Assembly (NCBI GenBank): GCA_025594325.1 | Contig: JANHCV010000006.1 | Span: 1,116,001-1,180,000, forward strand | Direction: 5' to 3' | DNA from: Blastocladiella emersonii ATCC 22665 | Lineage: Eukaryota > Fungi > Blastocladiomycota | DNA: 64,000 bases | Part shown: positions 26,661-37,566 of the stretch, one piece after another | Position numbering within the stretch: the stretch's first letter is position 1 | How the letters are laid out: each line of letters opens with the position of its first letter | Notes under the pieces: generated by a model | The model's input: the letters and a program-made list of their open reading frames with translations, nothing else | What the model was told of the DNA's origin: nothing | Databases searched by the model: none | Made by a program: the position numbers and the translations under genes

Positions 26661-27570
26661 GGAGACAGAATGCGACGCGTGGCAGCGTGGCGGTGGGGCA
26701 GGGAGGCAGGGAGGCAGGGGAGACGCGCGAGAGGGGGAGCGAGGGAGGCTCAGCACCCGACCGCGTCGGGGTCACGCGCGCGTCACGCGACGGGCTGCGA
26801 GACAGAGTTGCCTCGGCCGCGCGCGTCGTTCTTCTCCCCGCGGTGAAACGCCGCCAAATTAGAGTTTAGCGTCCTGCACGCGGTCCCTGCCCGTGATTGG
26901 CCCGACGCCGCGGCAGCCACGGCGTGCCGATCGGTGTGCGCCGCGGCGCAGGGGGAACTTAATCGCATCGCGCGGGCGCGTCCCTTCCTGCACGGCGCCT
27001 CCCCGCCCTCCGCTCCGCTCCCGCCCCGACGTGATGCAGCTGTGATGCCAGTGTGAGCAACCAACGATTGTTCCTCCCGTCTTCCGTTCTCCGTGGTCGC
27101 CGCCGGTCCGCGCAGCAATCCTCCCACGCCTTCACGCGACGCGACGCGCGCCCCCGCCCCGCCACCTGCTCGAAGCGGACTGATCGCGCCTTCCCGTCTC
27201 GGCCGCCAACGCGCCAACGCGCGCCAACTTGTTCCCCCGAATTCTCGCCGGCGCGCTCCCGGCCCTCACGCTTCACCCTTGACCCTCCGCCGCGCGCCAC
27301 TCGACCGGGCCGCAACGGACCCTGCAGCGCACCACCCGACTGCACGCGAGCGACCGCGCCCGACAGACTTTGCCTCCGCGCGCACGCGCCGCTGCTGTTC
27401 GCCGTTCTCGGCCCTCCCTCCCTCCCTCCCTCCCTCCCCTCTTCCCCGCCGCGAACGCGACCCGCGCACGCTCCTCGCTCGCCGGGCGCCCCTCGCGCGA
27501 CATCCACTTGCCGCCTGGCGCATCAAGCCAGAGATCACGCACTCGCTCGCGCACCGCCTCGCTCTACACC

Positions 27571-30323
27571 ATGTCATCGACCTCGTCGTCCTACGCCACG
27601 TCGCCCGCGTCCTCGTCGGCCTCGGTCCCGTCCCCGGCTGCTGCTGCCGCCGTGGGCGGCCCCGCCGCGCAGTCGCCGTTCGCTGACCTGACCGCGCACA
27701 TCTTCCCGCCGCCCGAGTTCGTCATCGTCGGCGCGGGCGTCGGCGGCCTCACCACGGCCGCGCTGTTCGAACGCGCCCGCATCCCCTACGTGATCCTCGA
27801 GAAGCGCCGTGACGGCGCGCATCTCGACGGGTCTGACCTCGGTACGGCTATACGCTTCCGCATGCTTGTGATCGGGGGCTCACCGACGACCCGAACGTAG
27901 GCCTGTTCCCCGCCGCCATCTCGATCCTGTCCGAGCTCGGCTTCGACGACGCCTTCTGGCCCGAGCACTCGTCCGCCGTCCGCAACGTGCACCTGTGCAA
28001 GGCACACGATCTCGCCGGCGCCACCGCCGCCGAGCAGCGCGCTGCTGCTGCCGCTGCCGCCGCGTCGTCGTGCGCTGACCCGCACCGCCGCGGCTCGTCG
28101 TCATCGACATCCCCGCCGCCACCATCCTCCGCGAGCCTCGCGTCGCCGCCGCCCACCCCGCCGCAGCTGCGCGCCGCCGAGTTTGTCCCGCCGCTGCTCG
28201 CGTCGAAACCGACGCCCGTCGTGTCGCCCATGAAGACGCTCAACATGGACAAGATCCTCGGGCCCGGCGAGGTGATGCGCATGACCAACCGCCGCTCCAT
28301 CATGACCGCCCTGCAGCGCCTGGTCCCGCGTAGCAAGATCCTGTTTGACTCGTCTGTCATCCAGTGCACCGAGAACGACAACCACATCGAGGTCATGTTC
28401 ACCCACAAGCACGTCTTCTCGTCGCTGACCGTGCCCGTCGTCATCGGCGCCGACGGCGTGCGGTCCGTGTGCCGCCGCTTGATCGCCGCGACACTGGGTG
28501 GGGACGCGGAGCTCGATGCGGCGTCGTCGCGGTACGCGGGCGAGATCTGCTACCGCGGCAGCTTCTCGCTGACGTCGGCCGAGCACGACCCGGCGCGCGC
28601 CGCGCTGCTGCGGCAGATCGAGGACCTGCTGATCCGCGACGACTTCCACAAGCCGCACTCCATGTCGCTCTACTACGACCGCGCGCGCCGCTTCTCGCTC
28701 GGCTTCCTCAACGAGACGGGCTCGCTCGCCTACTGGTGGGTCCGCGAGAAGTGGGCCGGGTCGCGCGAGGCATTCCGCGCCCTGCAGCACAAGCAGCCCG
28801 ACATGCCCCACTGGCCCGCCCTGCTGCGCGCCCTGTACGCCCTGACCCAGCCGCGCGACTTTTACCTCCAGCCCATCGTCGACCGCGAGCACGACGACCA
28901 TCCCGCCGCCTGGCACTCGCACCGGTGCGTGCTCCTGGGCGATGCCGCGCACCCGACGACGCCCGCGCTGTTCCAGGGCGCCAACCTCGCCATCGAGGAC
29001 GCGCACCTGCTCGTGCACCTCATCACGTCGCACCCGCCCACGGTCCCGCCCGCCGCCCTGTTCCGCCAGTTCGCCGCCGCACGCATCAAGCACGTGTCGC
29101 GCATCCAGCGCGAGAGCTTCCGCCAGACCAAGGTGAGCCAGTGGGACTCGAAACCCTCGGTCCTCCTGCGCGACGCCGCCCTCAAGCTGATCCCGACGCG
29201 CCTCCTCGAGAGCAAGCTGCGCAAGGCGTCCGCGTGGGACCCGCGCGCCGCCCTGCGCAGCGCTGCCCTCCCGCGCAACAGCAACGGCAACGTGGTCGTC
29301 AAGCCGCCGTCCCCGCCACCGCCCGCGCCCGCGTCGCTCCAGCGCGGCGCGAAACCGTCCAAGGCCAAGCTCAAGAAGTCGAGCCATGGGACCATCAAGT
29401 CGCTCGGCGCCCCGTCCTCGTCCTCGACGACCGCAACCAACTCGCGTGCGTCCACGACCTCGTCGACTGAGGGCGACGACGTGACCATGGGCTCGCCCAT
29501 GACGTCCATCGGGTCCAGCGAGTCTATGTCGTTCTCGGCGTTCCTCGAGGAGCTCGAGGGCACCATGGGCGGCGGGAGCGGTAGCGGCGGCGGCGGCGCG
29601 TCCAAGAGCACGCCGACCGCGTCGCCGCGGCCGAGCATGGACGTGGACATGATGTACGGCCCGCCCGCGCCAGCGGCACCGCCATCAGCGCGGTACCCGC
29701 TCGCCCCGCCGTCGCCGAAACCGCAACTCCAAGTACCACCTCGCCACGCCAGCTACGACGTGACGCCGCGGTGCATGGGCGGGGCTGGCGGCGGCGGGCT
29801 CACGCACGCGCGGTCGCGGTCCGACCTCGCGCCCGAGATGGGCCACCTGCACCACCCGTCGACGGGCCTACAGCACGCCGCGCGCGTCGCCCCGCCCCCG
29901 CCCCACCACGCGCACTCGAACCTGTGCGGCGAGCACCGGCGCACGCACTCGTCGCTGTCGGCGCCGACTGAGTCGAGCAGCGGGCGCGCGTCGCCCGTCA
30001 GTGCGGCGGGCAACGCGCGCGAGCCGCCGTCGTGCATCCTCGGGCCCGGCCACCTCATGACGCCGTCGCTCCTGTCCGGGTCGTCGTACCTGTCGAGCTC
30101 ATCGTCGGAATCTTCGGCGTCGCTCGCGTCGACGACGGGGACTGAGGCGACGTTGCACTACGGCATGCCCGTGTTTGCCGCCGCGGGCGAGGACGACCAC
30201 ACCGTGTTCGAGTTTCTCCCGCCGTCGCCGCCCGTCGCGGGTGCGGCGGCGGCGCCGCCGTACGGGCTCACGCGGCGCAACACGGTCGTGTCGCCGCCCG
30301 GCATGGCGCGGCCCGCGGCGTAG
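27571..30323 (+). CDS. FAD-dependent monooxygenase (group A; UbiH/zeaxanthin-epoxidase/salicylate-hydroxylase-like) with a long disordered C-tail; intron 27842-27900
   Basis: VIVGAGVGGL (GxGxxG), VIGADGVRS (DG motif), LLGDAAHPTTPALFQGANLAIEDA (GD motif). Confidence 0.92.
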
Positions 30324-30935
30324 CACACGTCGTGTCGTCGTCGACTGATTGCAACCCGTTCCCCATCCCATCCCACCTGATCCCATCCTAGCAGCTTATG
30401 TGTTTCTCGTTCTCTGTACTGTACCATTCCTCCCTTAGCACACCCTGACCATGCACTCTTCACCTTGCATCTGCTGAATCGTTGTCGTTGCAGGGTTTGC
30501 TCGTTCCGCCGCGTGCGCGCCCCGCGAGTGTGGACGGCCCGTCACGGCCATCCCGCGCGCGAGCGGGCGACAATGCGTCACAGGCTGTGAGTCCTTGCGT
30601 CCCGTTGCAAACGGCGAACGCTGGTTGGCTGGCTCGCCCGGCTCACTGTGCGATGGACGGACGACGCCCGCCGCGCTGCCACACGTCCGTCCGCCCGCCG
30701 TCTCTGCCTGCCTCCCTGCCTGTCTGCCTGCTTTCCGCCCACGCACACATCCGCCAGCTGCTGGGCGACGCTCGATCTCCTGCCTAGACCATACCCCCGT
30801 GTCGCGTCGCGCTTGCTCCGCTTCTCGTCCCCCCATCGGCCGCATCGCGTCGTCGTCCCTCTCTACGACCCGGCCTGCACCGCGACGCACGCTGCCTGCA
30901 CCCCTGACCGCCACCCCCGCGCCATCGCGTGCACC

Positions 30936-32863
30936 ATGAATCAACACCATCAACCTGCGTCGTCGCCGTCGCCGTCGCTGTCGCTCGCTGACCTCGAGTC
31001 GGCCATCGCGTGGGTCCTCGCGTCGCCGTACTCGCCCACCGCTCGGGCACCGCGCTCGATCGAGGCCGCCGTCGCGCCGCCATCGCCTTCAGGCGATGGC
31101 GGCGATGACGAGACGCGGCTCGTGGCCGGGATGCGCGCGATCCTCCGCGTCTACACCGACAAGCTGTACCGGCTGCCGCCCGCGCTGTGCGTGAGCCTCG
31201 AGGTACGTCCGTCGTCGTCGTTGTTGATCTCGGCGGCCGCGTGGCCACCGTCCGAACCCTCCCTTCCCATCTCCTCCCGACCCGCGCTCCGCCGCCTTGT
31301 CCTCGCGAAATTGCGTCGCAACCACCCGTCCACACGCCACCGTGGCCGCAGCAACGTATCTCGCGGCCCGAATCCGCGCCGCCACGGCGACGGAACGTGT
31401 ACCTGTGCGGCCGCGGGCGGCCGAGATGAGAGCAGGGATCTTCCGGTCTATCCTTCCGCCCGCGCGCCGACGGCCGCATGGGTCGCAACTTCCGTCCTGC
31501 GATCGATGCCGGCCGTGATGACTTGGCCATGTCGCACCCGCTGCGGGTGTGGCGAAGACGGCGGCGCCAGGGTGCTCGCGGCCATGGTCGCGGCGGGCGG
31601 CGAGAGCTATTCTTGGCCACTGCCGCGGCTGCGCCCGAGTGCTCTGCCCCATGCTTCCGCCCTATTCATTTGCGCATAGGCGGATGCACGGCGCGTCGCG
31701 TCGCGATTGGCCGCCGTGTTTTCGGCTCCGAGGCCTCGTGGCCATGGAGTTGGAACACGGCCCGCGGCAGCCGCCACACTCGCCGGACCGCGCTGCGCCA
31801 CCCCCTTGCGCGAATTCTTTCACCCTGCCTCGACCGTTACTGACTTTTCTCCCGCCTCGCACTTGAACAGGCATACTTCAAATCGCGCTTCAACCTGTCT
31901 CGCGCGCAAGTGTACCGCCTCCTCGCGTCGGCCGAGGTCATCGTTGATCTCGCCGCGTGCCCGCCCGGCTTGGAACTCGTCGTCCGCCCGTTCCCCGTGC
32001 GTCAACGCGTCGCCAAAGCCATCAAGGACGCTGCCTCGACAGCCGACGAGCGGCAACGGTTATGGGCTGCGGTCCTCGCGCAGTTCCTGAACCCGGCGCT
32101 CATCAAGTCGACGGACGTGTTCAACGTGAGCCGCGAGATCGGCGACGCGGGTACGGCTGGGAGTCAGCTCGCGTCGCCGCCCGTTGAGCCGCCACCGCCA
32201 GCTGCTGCGGTTCCGGCGACGCCGTTGCCGCCGGTCCCGCCCGCCCTCGCCACGCTTCGGCTCCAGTCAGCGATGGCGGCGCCCGCAGTCTCGATGCAGT
32301 CGCCGGAACCCGTCTCGTACCCGTCGCCCATCTCGCACCCGGGCGGCTTCGCCGCGCCGTCGCTCGGTCCTTGGGACGCGATACCCACCGCCGTCACCAT
32401 GGTCACGCCGATGCCACCTCCGCCATTTCTCGCAGCTCCGGTTCAGCTGTCTTATCACCAAGCCGTGACCGCTTCGCGCCCGCGGACGCGCTTGACCCGC
32501 GCTGTCGTCGACCTGCCGTACACCCGGAATACCCCGCTGCCGCGCGCCGCAGCTGCCGACGACCCGCTCGGCTGGTTCGTGTCCCCCGCCCCCGCGACGG
32601 CGCAAGCGGCAGCCGAGATCACGCTACCGCCGACTCCGATCTCACCCGTTTTCTGCCTCGCCCAGTCTTCCGCCGCCGCGGCAGCGGCTGTCCCTCGCAC
32701 GCCGATCCACACGGTCCCGCCACGGCCCGCCGCGTGGCCATGGTCGCTCCCCGTAGGCGCGGGACAGTGGAATTGCCCGCTCCCGCCCGTCAGCGTGTTC
32801 ATGGACTTGGCCGACCGCACGCCGGCGCGGCACGGACAAGGGCAGTCGTGGCAGTCGGCGTGA
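30936..32863 (+). CDS. Putative DNA-binding protein, paralog 1 (LEAYFKSRFNLSRAQVYRLL motif); exons 30936-31202 and 31871-32863
   Basis: Phase-0 intron 31203-31870 (GTACGT..CAG) joins ...LYRLPPALCVSLE|AYFKSRFNLSRAQVYRLLASAEV; near-identical N-terminal domain in paralog 2. Confidence 0.75.
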
Positions 32864-33930
32864 GGATGATGTAGAAGACGTTATGTGTGTCTCAATCGAA
32901 AGAGTATTCCCATTTTACCCGAATGACCGTTCAGTGATCGATAGGAAGCTTCACGGTGTTCAAGAAGCATCACGTGGCATGAGCAACGCGTCGTCACGCG
33001 TTCGAAATGGCAGACCTCACGTTTTCGCCGCGCGAAAGGTGGTGAATCAGGTTGTTTATTACTAAATGCAGCGGGTATGGAAGCATGAAGCACATGCTCG
33101 AGGCGTGAATTAGTAGGAGCGCACAATCGGCGAGGTCCGCGTCGCGCTTCATTGACACTTTCGTCACGGCTCAGCTCAAGCGCTTCCTGCCCAGGCCGGT
33201 GGAATAGATTGTGTGCACGCCGCTGCTCAGGCGTGCAGCTCTCATTGGCTTTCAACGCTGCGTCGAGACGGCGGTCAGTGTGACGTGTGGTTGAATCGCG
33301 GTTCCTCGCGCGCACGACCGCCGTTCGACCTCAACTGTTTTTCGGCCACCAACAAGCGGCGTGACGACTATTGTGTCCAACTGCATCCGGATGACTAATG
33401 GTGAGCAAGATAGAGCCCAGAAATCTCCCGACTCGAGCACTCTGCTGAGGTTATCGCGTTGGCCTGCAGCCGCGCACGATTTCCCCGTCCACCGCGAAGG
33501 TCCACGCGCGCACTCGTTTGCCTTCTTGCAAGTTCGTCCGGCACACGAATTGAGTGCCCGAGCGCGGCCGCCCAGAACACACCGCGGGCCGATTTGATTG
33601 GCCAGCTGCTCCCGAGGACACCGCGCGATGAGCATCGCGGGCTTCCACTCGTTGTGCCCGTGGCCTCAAGCTCGTTCGCCTGCCATATTCGCCCTCGTTC
33701 ACTCGTGCGCGCACACCGCACCATGTTTCGAGCCGCCTTGATCTCCCCGTCACTTTGCCCCGATGGCGGCCGCCGGCTGCGCTTATCGGAACTTGGGCGT
33801 CCGCGGCTACCTTGTCCGACGCGTCGCGCTCCTCGCCCTCGGCTCGTGCTCTCAGCCCTCAAAAGATCGCCCACCCACGGCCCCTGACCATGGCCCCTCG
33901 ATATCTGGTGCACACTATCAACTCAGAAGC

Positions 33931-35828
33931 ATGGATCATCGTCCGAACGCGCCGTCAGAGCCACCGTCGCTCGCCGACCTCGAGTCGGCCATCGCCTGGG
34001 TCCTCGCGTCGCCGTACTCGCCCACGTCCGCCGCCAGCACCTCGCACGCCGCCGACGCAGCCGGAACCGCGGATCGCAGCGCCGACGACGAGGCCCGGCT
34101 CGTGGCCGGGATGCGCGCGATCCTCCGCGTCTACGGCGAGAAGCTGTACCGGCTGCCGCCCGATGGGTGTGCGAGCCTCGAGGTCCGTTCTTTGCCGTCC
34201 TCTCGTTTTCCGTCTCGCCCTCCCGTCTCTCCGCGCTCGCGCCCAGATCCGGGTCCTCTTGCTCGCGACCACAGCCGGCCGGCTGCCACCGCCGCAGCGC
34301 GCCACACTCTGGCGCGATTTCGGGCGCCGCCGCCCCGAGAAACGTGCTCGCCTAACTCAACGTGCACGATGATTTCCCGGCTAAACTCTTTGCCCATGAT
34401 CATCACCTTCCCTGCTCGTCCTGCGACGGACGCACAACGCGTTGGTCGCTGTGACGTGGCCGTGACGCGGCCCTGCCCAAATCCCTGCCCAATGAGGGCA
34501 AGGCGGTGGTCGCGGCCATGGCCGCGCACGCGGCTGTGGCTAATCTTGGCCACGGAAATGCGGGCGGGCGCACCCGGACGCATACAGGCGTTTCGGATTC
34601 GTCCGCGGGCATTCGCTCTGGCATGAACGCCACAGCCGTGTGCGTCGCGTCATGCTGTGCCGCTGATTGGTCGTGTCCGCGGGGCGGCCTGCATCGGCGC
34701 ATGGTCGCGGACCCTGGAATTCGGTTGCGTGCCGCCATGCTGGTCGCGCTGCGCCACCCCCTGCCCCCGAATTCGCTACCCGCTACTCCCTGCCAACGAC
34801 GCTCACTGACCCCACACCGCTTCTTCGCTCTCACGTAGGTCTACTTCAAGTCACGTTTCAACCTGTCGCGCGCCCAGGTATACCGCCTGCTCGCGTCGGC
34901 CGAGGTAATCGTCGACCTCGCCGCGTGCCCGCCTGGCGTCGAGCTCGTCGTCCGCCCGTTCCCCGTGCGTCAACGCGTCGCCAAGGCCGTCAAGGACGCG
35001 ACCATCACACCGGCCGAGCGCCAGCGGCTGTGGGCCACGGTTCTCGCGCAGCTCCCGAACCCGGCGCTCATCAAGTCGACAGACGTGTTCAACGTCAGCC
35101 ACGAGCTCCGCGGCACGGGCACCGGGACTGGGGTCGTTGAGCAGCCGCAGGCCACGTCGCCGCTCATCGAGTCGCTGCCTGTTCCTCACGGTGCACCGTT
35201 TACTGATTCCGTCAAGCATCAGCCAGCCGTAGACTCGGCGCTGTCGGTGAGCTTGCCGACCCTCGTTCCCTACCCGTCGCCGAACGGGCCGTTTGGGGGC
35301 GCTCGTGTCGTCGTCCGCACCGGAACGCCGAAACCGTGGGAGCCGTTCCACACTGCCGCTACCCCACGGACCTTCGTGGCCGCGGTGGCGCCTGCTCAGG
35401 ACCAGTCTCAGCTAGGCGTCGCTCCCGTCCAGCTGCCGCCCCACGTCTCCACCACCACTCGGCGTCAACGGACCCGCTCCTTCCATGCCGCCGACTCGCC
35501 GTACACTCGGCTTGCTTCACGGTCGCCGCAAGGCTTCAACTGGCTCGCACCTCCCGCGCCCCCGCCTCCGCCGCCCGCGCCGACAGCTGACGAGGATGCG
35601 ATCCCGCTGACGCCGATCTCGCCCGTGTTCCACCTCGTCAACGTGCCGGCTACGCCGGCTGCCCCGGAACCTCCAACACCACCACGCTACGCTAGTCGGC
35701 CGTGGTCGCCGCTCCCAGCAGGCGCTGCTCAGTGGAACTGCCCGCTCCCGCCGATCAGTGTGTTCACGGGCATGGCCGACCGCACGCGGGCACTACTTGC
35801 ATCGCGGGCAACGCCCCGTTTGACCTGA
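33931..35828 (+). CDS. Putative DNA-binding protein, paralog 2; exons 33931-34182 and 34839-35828
   Basis: Phase-0 intron 34183-34838 (GTCCGT..TAG) at the same position as in paralog 1; ...GCASLE|VYFKSRFNLSRAQVYRLLASAEV. Confidence 0.75.
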
Positions 35829-36402
35829 GTTCCTGTATTGTGATCTGTTCGTGCGGTGATCAAATAAATATTATTATCTGTGAATTATCATCGCCGTGTT
35901 CCTCAAGCGCATTTCCAAAGGTTCAGGTGCTTGCTCGCTGCCATGCTTTTGTTATTCTCGCTATCACCACCTCTACGCTTCCGATTGCGATGGGCGGTGA
36001 TGGTTTTGATCGCGACGAAGGTAAAAGCAACCGAGGCGAGCACTGATCGTGGCGCAACGCGAACTACGCCACATACGTGATATCGCAACGCGTTTCCGAT
36101 CAGGCGCGGCGCGCGCGCGGGAGACACTTTGTCACGAGAGCAATCTCACTCCGCGGGTTCCGAATGACAGTCAAAGGGCCGGCGATTCAGTGAATCCGGT
36201 GGCTCGCGACCAGCGGATAAATCACAATCCAGGTGCGATGTGTCGCCCACCCGTCCCATCAGACGCTCGGCAGTGAGCCCTCAGTACTTGATCATTAGAT
36301 TCCGTTGACCTACTCTCCTTCACGACAAATAATCACGACTCGCATGTATCTCTGTGTGCAACGCGAATTAAGGACTATCATCTTTCTGTCACCGAGATCC
36401 CG

Positions 36403-37482
36403 TTGTTCGTGACCGTCACGGCACTCGGCACGCTTGCGTCCGCAGCAACCTTGTCTGTCAGCGTGGCGGAAATCTATTGGCATTTGCGCAAGCACAGCAC
36501 CATGTCGGATCATGGTGCATTCAAGCCCCGCCGTATGTGCCGCGGGTTCGATTACGCGCCATACATCATGCTCGCAAGCTCGCTCGCCGCCGCGTCGTGG
36601 TTTGCCGCCAACCTCTACGCACTGGGACATTCTTCGTTTCCCACGATCCGCGACTACCATCCATACCACACGACGCTGATCTGCGTCGTCACCTCGCTGC
36701 TCGCCGCCTTCAGCAACCTCACGATGATGCGCCGCGTGACGTCGATCTGCATCAAACGGACGTGGTTCCACTCGGCCATCACGCCCGTGAGCATCGGCAT
36801 CACTGTGGCCATGCTTCCAATCAATTACTTTGTCACGTACTACCACATCGACTCGGTGGCGCGGACCGACGTCGAGTGGACGCAGTACGAGCTGCCGTGG
36901 ATTCTTCTCGCGCTCAACGCGGTGCAGGCCGGGTGAAACGTTACTTGCACGCTTTACGCGTATCACAGCGCTTTCACCGACACATCCATTACGGCAAACG
37001 CCGGCAAAAGAGTCGGTGCGCGTATGTCGGCCTCGGTCGCTGCCTTCAAGCGAGTGAGCTCGAGCAGCGCATCGACCAGGAGTGCTGTCGGCACCTCGTC
37101 GTCTCCATCCTCATCGCATGGCGCCGGCGCCGAGGACGTGCGGCCCCGCGATAGCTTCGGCACGCAGCAGCGCCGGCAACATCTCATGTCATCGATCCGC
37201 CAGACCTACGCCGTCCTCTCATGGATCTTCGTGTCGGGCTGGGTCATTACTCTCATCTTTCTCGGGATCGCGGGCGCGTACATGACTATCGTCACGCGTG
37301 CGAGTATCACCACGCTCATCTTCTGCGTCGGGATCCTGATCGAGGCGCAATTCCGGCGCATCGTGCGGACGCGGGTGTCGCGGAGCAGCCAAGTGGGACA
37401 CCGCGCGGTGATGCACTTTGACGATACGGTTGCGGCTGGGCAGACGGTGGGCGGGATGGCAACTACGATCGCGCCGCGATGA
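36403..37482 (+). CDS. Multi-pass, about 7-TM, membrane protein (GPCR-like topology); probable short intron 36933-36968; true start not resolved
   Basis: About five hydrophobic helices in 36403-36932, then an S/R-rich loop and two more helices in 37024-37482. No in-frame ATG found just upstream. Confidence 0.6.
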
Positions 37483-37566
37483 GCAGCGCTCAATACATAC
37501 GTTGGGGATGTGATCAGGATCCGTGTGGTTCGCGAGCGAACTGGGGAGATGCACAAATCCAATGAA

